Shown here: piece after piece, positions 13,373 to 26,502 of the stretch
Position numbering within the stretch: position 1 is the stretch's first letter
How the letters are laid out: each line of letters opens with the position of its first letter
Origin: Phoronis australis
Taxonomy: Eukaryota > Animalia > Phoronida
DNA length: 64,000 nucleotides
Reading direction: 5' to 3'
NCBI GenBank assembly: GCA_002633005.1
Contig: NMRA01000103.1
Coordinates: 713,612-777,611 of the forward strand
The notes under the pieces: model-generated
Seen by the model: the letters and a program-made list of their open reading frames with translations, nothing else
The model's database searches: none
What the model was told of the DNA's origin: nothing
Made by a program: the position numbers and the translations under genes

Positions 13373-15019
13373 CACCCCCCCGGGGAAAATTTAAAGCATA
13401 CACTCTACAAAGGCTACTCATTAAGCTCAACACATAATGTAAAGAAAGTGACAATTTACAACATCTCTTAAGTTTTACAAGTCTGTCAATTCCACTAATT
13501 ATGCTTTGAGAGGTTAACTTGAGCAGGAAGCTGTATTTCTATCAGATTTAACATTTGTCAAAATAGGCAGTTATTTCAAATTAATCACAATTCTAAATTA
13601 GTCTGATTTAAAACCACATAGAGCACTGTCGTCCTCAAGACCTGCTGTTCTCATCAGGAACATGTTTCACAGCTTTTTTAATATGGCAAGTAACCATTCA
13701 TAATTTCCCCCAATTACGTGAAGATCAAATGCGGTAAGTTCGCCGATTTTGTCCATTGTTCCATTTTCCTGTGCAAACCAGACTTATTCAGGATTGAAGA
13801 CGACAATGAAGACTAGACATAATTTATCACTGTATGGGACTTCAAGTCATTTTTCTCTAAAAACACTAATAAGTACTAGAGAACACACTTTGACATGGTT
13901 ACAACATCGGAATTAACAGGTGTTAGGTATTGCACAACACATCTGGACTCACCACTGTGCAAGTAAGCTGGAGGAGAGAGGCAAGAAATGAACAACTAGG
14001 CAGTGTTCATGGTGAACGAGTGAATAGCATTCATGGTGAATGAGTGTTCATGGTGAACGAGTGAGTAGCATTCATGGTGAATGAGTGAATAATGCTTGTA
14101 CTGAACGAGTGTGTATAGTTCGTGGTCAACAAGAAAATANNNNNNNNNNNNNNNNNNNNNNNNNNNNNNNNNNNNNNNNNNNNNNNNNNNNNNNNNNNNN
14201 NNNNNNNNNNNNNNNNNNNNNNNNNNNNNNNNNNNNNNNNNNNNNNNNNNNNCACCCCCCCGGGGAAAATTTAAAGCATACACTCTACAAAGGCTACTCA
14301 TTAAGCTCAACACATAATGTAAAGAAAGTGACAATTTACAACATCTCTTAAGTTTTACAAGTCTGTCAATTCCATTAATTATGCTTTGAGAGGTTAACTT
14401 GAGCAGGAAGCTGTATTTCTATCAGATTTAACATTTGTCAAAATAGGCAGTTATTTCAAATTAATCACAATTCTAAATTAGTCTGATTTAAAATCACACA
14501 GAGCACTGTCGTCCTCAAGACCTGCTGTTCTCATCAGGAACATGTTTCACAGCTTTTTTAATATGGCAAGTAACCATTCATAATTTCCCCCAATTACGTG
14601 AAGATCAAATGTGGTAAGTTCACCGATTTTGTCCATGGTTCCATTTTCCTGTGCAAACCAGACTTATTCAGGATCGAAGACGACAATAAAGACCAGACGT
14701 AATTTATCACTGTATGGGACTTCAAGTCATTTTTCTCTAAAAACACTAATAAGTACTAGAGAACACACTTTGACATGGTTACAACATCGGAATTAACAGG
14801 TGTTAGGTATTGCACGACACATCTGGACTCACCACTGTGCAAGTAAGCTGGAGGAGAGAGGCAAGAAATGAACAACTAGGCAGTGTTCATGGTGAACGAG
14901 TGAATAGCATTCATGGTGAATGAGTGTTCATGGTGAACGAGTGAGTAGCATTCATGGTGAATGAGTGAATAATGCTTGTACTGAACGAGTGTGTATAGTT
15001 CGTGGTCAACAAGAAAATA
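13373..15019. repeat. Direct duplication 13373-14139 / 14253-15019 across an N gap
   Basis: Near-identical copies bounded by the gap 14140-14252. Confidence 0.85.
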
Positions 15020-15480
15020 ATGTTCATAGACAGCAAGTGAAAATCATTCACAGTGAACGAGTGAGAAGCGTTCATGGTGAAGTGAATAATGTTCACAAAG
15101 AACAACTGAATAACATATACAGTGAACAAGCGAGCAGCAATCACAGTGAACAAGTTAACAGCATAGTATTTACTTTTGGTGAACAAGTGAATATTGTTCC
15201 TAGTAAACAAGTGAATAGCCAAGGGTATTATTTTCGTAGAGAACACATGTAAGTTTGTTTAGAGCGAACAAGTGAATAAATAAGTATCAGCGATTAATTG
15301 AATAGCATATTGATGGCATAAAAGTGAATACCTATGTTCACAGTAAATAATTTTACCAAGTAACAAATGAATGTTCATGGTGAATGAGTAGTGTTCACAA
15401 TGACTAAGTGGACACCATAGCGTTCATGGTGAACATGCAAAGTATGTTCAAGGTGAACACACAAATAACTTTTCATCGAA
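14880..15480. repeat. Degenerate minisatellite (gttcatggtgaacgagtgaata-like); allelic copy at 14000-14139
   Basis: Repeated ttcatggtgaa / gtgaacaagtgaata motifs. Confidence 0.8.
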
Positions 15481-17537
15481 CTGAACTCACCACTGCGCAA
15501 ATAAGCTGGGGGTAGAGACACAAAAGTACGCAGTTAACAATGCACTTCAAAAATACAGAGACTAGTATCTCAGAAGAACATGTCATTAATGGTTAAAAAA
15601 CTCAATAAACGAAAAGTGGTTGTGGTGAATACATTGAAGAGTGTCCACAGTGAATTAAGGCAGTTCAAGATGAAAATGATAAAAGTGTTCATAGTGAATG
15701 AATGAATGAACAACGTTTTGTGTGAACAAATGTCAAGTGTACATAACAGGTTCACAAGTGGCACTCAAGCAACACTAGAGCATCCTCGTTAGACATGGTT
15801 GCACAGACTACAGGGGAGCATTTACATGCTGTTGATGGAGTCTGTCTTTACATCCAAAGACTGACTGCTCTGACTACAGTTAGCTGCATAAATTGAGAAC
15901 CAAATGACCAGTTAGGTTTAAAAGTCAGTCAGCTGGACTAATTAGGTGTTCAGTTGGATGTATATTGACCATATTTCGACTGTTAGTCTCAAGTGAAAAT
16001 GGCCAACATTGTCCACTTCAAGGAGGCGCAATGTTAAGGGAGAGGATGACGAAACCATGGCAATTGATCACATGGAACCAAAGACTCATGCAGTCTTCTA
16101 CCTAGAGCGGAAATTCACTTCGCGCAGTACGAAGCAAATCTTTTCACATAACATTTTCTTTCATGAAGTGAGATATATTCAAGTGCCACACTCTGCCAAG
16201 TGTGGTGTTGCGTGCACACCCAGCTGGCAGCACCAGTCGTTGGTCCCATGTCAACAAGCATTTGCCATACCATTGCAAGTTTCACATTGACGAGTAAAAT
16301 AATTGCGACAGTCATGAAGTACACAAAACACTTGTGAAGCAAAAATGCTGAGTAAATATTGATGAAAGTCCTTATAAAACACTAGAACTCAATATGGAAA
16401 CAAATAAAACTGCTCGCCACAGACAGTTAATTTTCAGCAAAGGTATTTTAGTAATCTGCATCTAAAAAAGTGCAAGTGCCCATGCCCAAAAATAACACCG
16501 ACAACCAATGATGTCTGATAACGGTAATTACAGTGATAATTACAGTTCAAAAATAGCCAACAGTTAAACACCAGAAATAGCCATGTCTGATACACCGGTA
16601 ACCACAAAAGATTTATTTTCATCAGAATGGGAGTTGCACTGTACACACAGTGACAACTGTTGTAAATAGAACTAATGCAAGGTGGCCTATTTGGGTCTGT
16701 TTCATAAGTGATTAAAGACATCAGTCAGAATTTAGTCTTGCGCTCCACGCGACTATTTCAGTAAAATAATCAAATCTCACTTGAGCAAAATTGAAGTAAG
16801 AAAATACACACCGAGATAAAAATCACAAATTATTTCTAGACTGTGATGCGCTCGTAATTACTTGCCTAAACCTTTATTCGACAACTGTGAAATGGAAGCG
16901 CAAGACCGATATTTCTGTCTCAAGTCTTTATTTATTAAGTTACTTATCATTAAACAGGCCCTTGATGATGGATTTTTCCTGGTTTCTGACACTCCACAGG
17001 CAATGAAGCATAAACTGTTATGACACAGTATTTCACTTCATGTTGCTTCTTCAAATCAAACTACCAGGTAATACAAAACCTCAAGAGTTAACATTGAGTT
17101 ATATAGAAAGCCAACACATACTGAAGATCTTGAGACAGGTCTATCAATTCGCAGCAGCACAATTTCTGGTCCTTAATTCCTACACTTAGGTACAAATATA
17201 AGTGTTAACACAAAGACACACAAGTTGATGTCTGGTTTAGGTGAAAATGTGTCTGGAAATTTTCCGCTATTTTTCCAAATACAAATGTTCCGATAGAAAC
17301 TTTACATCTCCATGAAGTAAAGTTTAAAAGACGCGAAGCTTCACAAAATTTCATTTACTCTCGCTACGTCTTGTTCTTCTATTTCTCATCTATCCGCAAT
17401 AAAACAAAGTATAAGCAAATAGTCATAGCGACGGACTGACAATTCATCTAATCGTGATATGACGACATACGATCCAATAGGACAAGTGCTCGCACTGACT
17501 AGTTTCAACGTCGCAGGTAAATGACTCAAGTAATCTG

Positions 17538-17960
17538 GGCCCGGTCTCCAATATTTTTACTCGAAACGGAACTCGAAATTAGGTTTGGCATTTTCTACTC
17601 TACTTTTGGGCGAAATCAAGATAAGTGTCCATTACTCTACGCTCGAGTACACAATAACTTACGTAGATAATTTATTGCCCTTAGTTCACAGTTTGTAAAC
17701 CCAATATTAAAGCAATAAGTTTGAGTTTGAACTCGAAATTTTGAGTTTTTACTCGAGTTTGTAGCACGAATATAAGGATCTTCAAGGGCAAACTTGAACT
17801 AGAAACTCCTATGCATAAACTATAATGTATTCAAGCACAGTCTGATAACCAATTATCTTAAGTTCGCACAAAAGGAGCAGAGAAATTGCCAAAAACATTT
17901 TCGAGTTCATTTCGAGTTCGTTTCGAGTTCGTTTCGAGTACAAAGATTAGAGACCGGGCC
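17538..17960. mobile_element. MITE with 3-bp CTG target duplication (Harbinger-like)
   Basis: TIRs GGCCCGGTCTCCAATATTTTTACTCGAAACG and CGTTTCGAGTACAAAGATTAGAGACCGGGCC, CTG on both flanks. A diverged copy lies at about 32715-33095. Confidence 0.85.
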
Positions 17961-18180
17961 CTGATCTCCTGTCCACACCACTACACCAATATCACCAAGG
18001 CGCACACTGGCGCCAGTACACTTTCCTATTCTACTCTCAAGAGCACAAAAATGACTATTACCATAAAGTCGAGTTATACATCTTTTAACCAATCACAAAC
18101 GATTATGTTCAGCAATGGTTATTAACTCATCTCTTGTTACTTTCATATTCATCGCCACCAAGTGCCACCACAATGCTCAC

Positions 18181-18253
18181 CTGCTATGATGTCATCCATT
18201 TGCTCGAGAGCCAGGGCCAGCATGCGACTCGCCTCCTCGCCGAGATCAGACAT
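18181..18253 (-). CDS. PPFIBP1: Liprin-beta, first coding exon (MSDLGEEASRMLALALEQMDDIIA-G)
   Basis: Manual translation matches the liprin-beta N-terminus (ASxMLAxALEQMDxIIAG). Donor G|GTGAGC is phase 1. An acceptor tttcag lies 8 nt upstream of the ATG (exon starts 18261), which implies an upstream non-coding exon. Confidence 0.93.
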
Positions 18254-19408
18254 GGCTGATACTGAAACGCATATAAAAGCCCATTAGGCTGTCTGACACA
18301 TGAAATCGTTAAGGAAGGTAAGAGAATAATTTCTGTCAAAATAACCAAATGTACATAGCTACCCCGTGATATTCAGTCAGATGAGGAAGTAAATTTCAGT
18401 TTTACAATCACCAACACATTAACATGTAGAGAACTTCATGTAAAATACACAGCAAATATTGTTTACAGGCCTAACCTTTTGAAAACTAATGTCAATCATA
18501 AACAGCACTTTTCTACCTCCGCAAAAGAGGAGAGTCGAATTCGGGACAACGTGGCTAGCTGTAGGTCTGAACTTAATTTCTTCAATAAATAACAGGACAC
18601 TTTTGTTAACATAAAACTATTTTGAAACAATTTCTCCATTAACAAGGCACTTCAGAACCTATAAACAGGAAGCCTGAAACAGTCCAAGATGATAAAAATC
18701 TCATTTGAGGGACGACACTGGGTGCCTTTGAAAGGATCAAGCAAAAGCTAACAGTGGAGCCAATCAGCCACTGCACCATCCATGAGAACTAACGTCTCAA
18801 CAAACCAATGAGGAAATGCTTTTCCTGAAACAAATTGCACAGCAAGAACTTGACATTCAGTAAGGAAGAGATCAGCATGCTTTATAAACTCTTGTAACAT
18901 CTTTAGATATAATGTGATAATGGCCACTTGACCAAAGGGAAAGATACTTACGCTTTCTGTAACAGGAATTTTTTTTAATGACGGGGAAAACAATCCCCAC
19001 CTGTCAACACTACAGCCCCCTTACAGAATGTGAGAACTTCCATGGAGTGCTGTTGCAAAAATGTACCCTTTTCTAAAATCCATAAATTTCACCCTTTCAT
19101 AATGAACAACATGTAAAAGGCATGATTCTATAGACCTGGCCATGGTCTACTTGCGCATCACACTTACATATGCCATCTTCAGTAAGGCCCTGCCCGGGTT
19201 TATTTGTAGCTGTGTGGTTGGGTATAACTTATCGCAGTCAAAGGACACCACACAGAAAAATCAAATGCCCAACGGTACCAGGACAAAGAACAAGTTGGCC
19301 AACACTCACCCGTATGAGGAATCGATGAAAATGTACACGATCAGGTTTGCATCAAACAGNCTTTGGACCATAAACAAGTAGGTCTCTTAGTATGAGATTA
19401 GTAGTGAA

Positions 19409-19490
19409 ATTGTGGTGGTGTAGTGGTAACGCACGCGCACACTATTCGCCACGTCGTGAGTTCGAGTCTTTGATAACTGCAGTTTTTTTT
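19409..19490 (+). other. tRNA-derived Pol III-like segment (SINE head or pseudo-tRNA)
   Basis: A box TGGTGTAGTGG (19416-19426), B box GTTCGAGTC (19460-19468), T8 run at 19483-19490. No convincing acceptor or anticodon stem. Confidence 0.5.
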
Positions 19491-20899
19491 CATGTTTGAC
19501 ACGTTCTCCGGTTTTTTTTTTTTGCCTTTTTTCTTGCATAATACTTCAGGAATCGAGGAAAATGCTTGATTTTTAGAGGTAAAAACAAAAATTTCCTGGG
19601 TGAACTATTTAACAAAATTCGAAATCTACATTAATCATTAATAGTTAAAATTATTCAACAAAAAGCATAACTTTTCATTAACTAAAATACTTCATATGGC
19701 TGGAAAAACTATCCACTGCCAGATATTTATCAGTTTGTTTCTAACACAAATGCTTTTGGGAAAGTGACCTCAACTGCATTACAGCGTTTTCCCGTTGACC
19801 CAACTTGTTCGATTCTATAGCCCAACAAGTTGGGAAGTTTACCCCTTTAGCCAATATCTTACACGACTGATTAACTCCATTCTGGCATTCATGGTTGGAG
19901 GTCCACTAGCTCTCCAATTGCTCTAATCTTCAATAAGATCGTATCTACCCTGACTGGGCTGTGCTGCTAAAAATAACATATTTGAACATAAACCAATAGA
20001 ATTTCTGAAATTTTCGTCAAATGGTGATCATGTTTAGTTTTTGAGTCGCCAAAATCGCCCAACTGCAACCGAAATTGCGATAATCTATTCTTTCGGTCAA
20101 TTCACTCAGGGTTTGACTGTGTTCACATATGGTCTGTAATAAGCATGGTAGATAATTGGCCTGTGTGTTGTCATAACAGACAAAAGACTGTGCTTGACAG
20201 TTAACAAAGAACCTACATGTTGTCACACCACCACTGGTAAAGTCACTGAACAGGGAAAAGGCTGTCATGGGTGATATTACTTCACTTGAAGACAAAATAA
20301 GCTATTCAGGCCCAGGGAGAACACAGTCATGAAAACTATCACAGATTTAGAAATCATGCCTTGAAACCATGGAGAAAAACCATGTCATAGACAGTGTTCC
20401 AAGACCAAAGTGACAAAATCAATGGGTGTCATGTTAAATTGAAATTAAAAGTCGTCAACAGTAAGAACCTGTCAGACCAAGTTAATTGATGAGAAAGGGA
20501 GTGAGATTGGCAGTAACACATGACAAAAAATTAGCGCGTTTCCATTGGATCACCCCGATGGTAACTTCTTTGTCACTTTCCAGATTTTCCACGCAGTGAT
20601 GTCATTAGAACTAGTTAAAAGTGCAGTGGTTGAAAACCTTGAATATCTGCTTCAACAATGGTCCTAATAGAACGGGATATTTGGCTATTTGTGACAGGGG
20701 CGTGCAGTCTTGCAAAAGTTAGGATACCAACCCTTTCATATGGAATTCAGTTGAAAGAACACCTTTTCATAAGGGTTAAGAAAGAAAAGGCATTGGTTTC
20801 TGCCGAGACAAGTCATGAAAAACTCATCCATTTGAACAGCACATTCCGTAGGCTTCTTAATGGGAGTCCTCCGCCAGGTCCTAACACAGGGAGTCTTCC

Positions 20900-21200
20900 C
20901 CAAGAATCAAGAATCTTTATTTAACGTTGTTGTTTGAGGAACAGATAAACATCAGCCAGTTGGGTTATTTCTACGACATTAAATTTAACACCAACATGAA
21001 GAAAATGGAACTTAAGCTAAAGGTGGAGAATAACACAGATATATAAGTATAAATAAAAATTAAGTTATCGTAATCGCTAAAATATAGACTAGGATCTGAG
21101 CATAACCTATAATAGGTACACGTGTAAATGCTATAATCTAGATAAATCATAAATGAAACGATGGTATACACTAATTACAGCATAACCTGGAGCGTCTATA
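20900..21200 (-). mobile_element. Probable 5'-truncated LINE 3' end
   Basis: The minus strand ends AATAAAGATTCTTGATTCTTG, a polyA signal followed by a short tandem tail. AT-rich 3'UTR-like body. Confidence 0.4.
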
Positions 21201-24200
21201 AAGGGAACAGCTGCATTCGGGGGCGAGTCCAGGTCCGAATCAGTCCATGGACCTGGACCCCAGGTCCTAACACAGGGAGTCCTGTCCCAGATTCCCACCC
21301 AAGTCCTGACCCACGCTTCACAGCAGCTGGCAAACACATGTGGATGGTGAAACACCAACAAATGTCTGTAACAGGCACTGGTGATTATTGAAATTACACT
21401 GATTATGTGAACATCCCTCTCATCAAAGTAGGGGTTGGCCACTGCAGATGGAGAACTCCCTTAACCGAGTTATATGGTTACATCATGCCTGCAGCATGTT
21501 TTATTCATCACCCTTAGGGCAGAAGTGCCAAGTAGGAAAGTATCTCTGAGACCAGGATGTCTGTAACTTCCTCACTTCAGAAGTACTAATTCCTCAATCA
21601 TTTAATCCCATTATTTTCATCAGATAAGAACTCAGGGAATTTGGTAAACCACGCTCTGTACCAAGTTCCTTTTTTAGTATCAATTCTTCAAAGTTCATAA
21701 AAGACAACTTCACAGTCGTGAAATGGCCATTTTGCTAGTGCACCACCAGAATTTAAACAATGAAACCTAAAAATACCAACGATGTCCAATGCTGACAAAG
21801 GACAATTTGGAAATTTTAGTTTCTTCAAAGTTGGTTTGCTTTAAATTCATTCCATGGTAGGAAAGCATCTTTAGTAGGTTGTAAACCTCAATTAATATTC
21901 TACTAGTTCAATATAACAAGCCCAAACTTTGAGAAAGAGTTTTCCCACTGAAGAACGGGCATCAAACTGGTTCTCAAAATACGGACACGTTATATTCAAC
22001 TATTGTTCATACTAGTGTACTTATTTACCATTCTGGTAAAAAATATCTCTCCAAAACACCATTAGACTACGTAAACAGTAAAGGCATTGTGGTAGAACTT
22101 AACAAATATTCACAATGCAAGGTTCAAGCTGGCTTACATCATACATCAAAACTCTTCCATCTGATACGTTTAAGTTTAAGTTTGCCTGCATATAACGTTT
22201 TCGATGTGCAAATCATATCATTTTTTACATTAATCTTAAGATGAAATAAACAATTTCAAAAAACACGTTTAGATCGCTGTACAAGGACAACATTGTTCAA
22301 TAACAGGAACCTGACGCATGATAACGCCATCCAACTATAGCTTCCCTTCCCATCTTTTTTACAAAACCTCACACCCACTATGACGGCACTGCTTTCAATT
22401 TGATAATTACTTCATTAACGAAATGATGCTAAACGAACAACATCAGCGATGAAAGTCCGCACAGGAAGATAGCACACAGTAATGAGGCTTCGCTGTTACA
22501 CGTGCCGTAGGTCAACTTGTATGGCCTCGGCAAAACTGTTAACTGTTAACAGTTCCTAACACTTGGATGAAAGCAGGAAAAACCTGAATTGCTGGAATGT
22601 ACTATTTAAGTAAACTTGGACGAGCGCACCAAGGGCTTACAACTCATGTTGCTATTGTGTAGGGACATGCACGTATTTCACTCGTGTTTTCCAATTGATT
22701 TTCCATTTGTCAGGAAAAAAATAATTCAAGTTGAGAAAAAGAAAGAGCTATAATTTTTGGTCTTCTATGACTATGTCCGAGGTGGGGTTCATGGGAGATA
22801 TTTCTAGACAGGTGTGCTCGACTGTCTATAACTTGCATTTAATACTAGTTTGAAGTTGCAGATCTCCAAAACTACGCAGTCTCTTTAAACACATAGACTC
22901 CACCTTCTATACATGTTTAAGCACATAAAACTTACACTAAGATCAAAGACCATCCTACCAACTTCTCGCCATGGGCAAGTTGCCCATGGGTTTGTACCTT
23001 ACGCTTAGGGTGTCTGTTCTTTTGAACTTCTAAAATCGTAACCAATTTGAACAATTTCAAACCAACTCCATAATGCTAAGTGGCCTACGGTAATCAAAAG
23101 GTGATTTTTGTTAGGGAAGGCCCGTTTATAGCTGCTTTATCAAAAAACTGTACTCCTGTGTAATATGATTCCTTCAGTATTTTCAAGGCCAATAAACCAG
23201 TGCCTTCACTCCAAACCAATGTTTGATTCAGGCCACTCGCTCTCATAAAATCAGTCTCATCTTGTAATAAAACTGATTTCTAGGCTTTAGAATAACCGGC
23301 AAGTCATGGCTATACTCCTGCCTCCTGAAGTTTGCTTGTTAGGATACGTTCAGCCAACAAAGCAGTATGGCTATCAGGGCCCCCGTTTCATGAAACTATT
23401 TTAGTCTTAACATAGACCGAAATAACAATGCCGTCATTCCGTCACGTCATGTTGCACTTGTTCAATAATGCTGTTGACGTCAAGTCACGCCTGAACAATG
23501 GAACATTGAGACATCAACTTTCTTGAAACTGAGCCCAGGGAAATTCCCGGGGCTTCATTGCAACCAATTTTGATTCAAACAAAGGATTAGATCATGGATG
23601 TTGTAGGCAGAGTAAAATACCCGTGAAGAAAGTTAATGGTTTGATACCAAAACAGGATGACAGCAGCTTTAAAATTAACCACAGTGCTTAGTCGTGACAC
23701 AAAGCCATCAAGTAGATCTGCGATAGTTATCATGCACAAGTATAAGCCTCTATAATGAATTTAATCGAGCATTTCTAAAAGAAACGCATTAGCTAAACCA
23801 GCATTGTCTAGACGTGAACGTGCTTTTTGCTATTTTTGACAGCAAACTGGGATAATGTATATATTGGTTTAATCTCAAATCACCTGTACTGGATTACCAG
23901 ACATACACCTTCAACGATAACAGCTGACAAGTTTCACATTTAAAAGAAACAATACACTATCTTTATTGGCAAAATCATTAAAATTTTCATAATTCAACTT
24001 CAGAAAGTTTGGTTTAGCATAATTTCAGGTGTTTTCAGGTAAAACCGCTTGATGAAAAAACAATTCTTGAACTGTTTCAGGATCTTTTTCAGTGGCAGCA
24101 CAGTGCAAACTGATTAGGACAATTTCAGTACTAATAGTTTACAGACATGACACCATGGGGTTATCAGTCATTTCACACTGTGTGGCCAAACACAACCAAC

Positions 24201-25455
24201 TGATGGCCAGTTGCAGTCACAGATCACCCAAGAACATCTTTTGTTGGAGCTGTAATGACTTAAAAGTCCAGTCCGATGCAACCTACACTAGTACAACTTG
24301 CACTGGTACAACTTACCCCACTTTTAAGCAGTGCGTCCACACACACAACCGATAACTAGGGTAAGACGCAAGTTGTCGCTCTGTACAAGACAATGAACAC
24401 CTAACCTAATGTCAATACGGCGCACAAGGGAAAACCTGTCAATACGTAATCGTAACTGCGGCTGATAATTACTTCTGTGCTAGTTTAAATAGTGTCCAGA
24501 CGGCACTCAAACCTAGCGACAACTCGTTCCAAGAGTAACTTGTTCTATGGTACGTCTTTATGAGGACGTCACTTTACAACTCCATTCTACAGCAGCCAAA
24601 TTCGCAGACATTGCACATCTAATAGAAACTCTTTATAACTTGAATGAAGTTCCAAATGTGAACAGCATCTGACATTCCCATCAAGGGCAATACCTTCCTC
24701 AGCAAATCACTCAGCTGTAGTTAATTCCTTCATTTTGAACAAAACAAACACGAGAAACATCAAGTTGACTCAACGAATAGAAGAGGATAAGATACCAGTC
24801 TCAATTTTCGACCAACTTTATCACAGGGAGGTGTATTTCCAACTGCTGGTGCATACCAGCGTTCTACCAGCACGTGCTGGGTTTTCTAGTATCAGAACTG
24901 GCAGATTTTTGGCAACATTGGCATTCACAATCTTTTAACAAGTTTCGGTATGGGCCCAATTCCAATCAGGTATGTTTTTTCAGGATTACGAATAAAATTG
25001 ATGCGAGTCCATTTTTCTTGTCTGGTACTCCCAGAGGTATTGAATTTGAACTAAAATTTAGTAGATCCCGTCATAGTCACTAATGTCCCCTCACCACAGA
25101 AGTCAGAGATCTCCAACCACTTCCTAATCTCACCAAAGACGCCCAATAGAAATAGCTCACTTCCACCTCTACAAGTCATCAGATGATTCAAGGATGAAAA
25201 AAATGCATCCAAACCCACTCCTTAAGTTGTTAAAAAAAGTCAATTTCACACCCTGGGATTTGACCTGTTCAATGTTTCCTGGTAAAAGAGACCCAGAGGT
25301 AAAACAAGGATCAGTTTCAAGGAACCCAAGTCCATGGAGAGTGTCCATATTTAATAGTCCAAAGGTACATCATAAAGTCATTATGAGGGTAGCTTCAGGC
25401 CAGATGTAATTTCACGGGCATTTTTCCCAGTCCCCATGGAACAAAAGCTGAAGAA

Positions 25456-26502
25456 AATTGAGCAAGAATTTGGTAATGACAAACACATTTTCAGAGGTTT
25501 CCCCTGCGCATATTAATTACAGTCATTAACATCCAGTAAATAATTATCCCAACAGGCAAGAAGAAACCATTCTACAGCCTCACCAAACTGCATCAAGAAA
25601 TTTCAGAAAAGTGGTCAAACGTACCTTAAATGTATTCTTGTTGACAACACTTGAGTTCAAACTGACCTTGTTCCCAGACTTTTCGAAAAATCGGAGAAGC
25701 AAACAGCCCTCCAAGAATGGGAGAGTTTGGTAACACAGATTAGCTGGCCAATAACACAACAGACATGCTGGCAAAACCAATAGCAGCTGTTGGAAGATTA
25801 CGAACCATATCCATGACGGGTGAAATGGTTGCCATGCTTTGAGGCCTGAACCATGTATATCGCAAAGAAACAATAGAGGTATGAGAAGCTATTTGAGAGA
25901 GAGAGAACAGTGTTGTATTTCTAGAAATTAACCCTGCCATTTGTGGCCAATCAACTAGTGACCCAAGCTCTAAATGGANAATTGGGCAAGAATTTGGTAA
26001 TGACAAACACATTTTCAGAGGTTTCCCCTGCGCATATTAATTACATTCATTAACATCCAGTAAATAATTATCCCAACAGGCAAGAAGAAACCATTCTACA
26101 GCCTCACCAAACTGGATCAAGAAATTTCAGAAAAATGGTCAAACGTACCTTAAATGTATTCTTGTTGACAACACTTGAGTTCAAACTGACCTTGTTCCCA
26201 GACTTTTCGAAAAATCGGAGAAGCAAACAGCCCTCCAAGAATGGGAGAGTTTGGTAACACAGATTAGCTGGCCAATAACACAACAGACATGCTGGCAAAA
26301 CCAATAGCAGCTGTTGGAAGATTACGTACCATATCCATGGTGGGTGAAATGGTTGCCATGCTTTGAGGCCTGAACCGTGTATATTGCAAAGAAACAATAG
26401 AGGTATGAGAAGCTATTTGAGAGAGAGAGAACAGTGTTGTATTTCTAGAAATTAACCCTGCCATTTGTGGCCAATCAACTAGTGACCCAAGCTCTAAATG
26501 GA
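25456..26502. repeat. Direct duplication 25456-25978 / 25980-26502 across a single N
   Basis: Near-identical 523-bp copies. Confidence 0.85.

Noticed and set aside
13996-15252. ORFs with repeated HSFTMN-like peptides, and the array as a possible CRISPR
   Set aside because: They derive from a degenerate minisatellite and N-gap read-through. There is no constant repeat with unique spacers, no cas genes, and the context is eukaryotic.
16730-16930. Similarity to 4835-5060 and 6585-6810
   Set aside because: An ordinary old dispersed repeat with no definable termini or coding signal.
19409-19490. Functional tRNA gene
   Set aside because: Acceptor and anticodon stems cannot be formed; retained only as a tRNA-derived segment.
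25580-26464. Paired 97-aa ORFs suggesting a tandem gene duplication
   Set aside because: They are by-products of the gap-centred duplication and resemble no protein I recognise.
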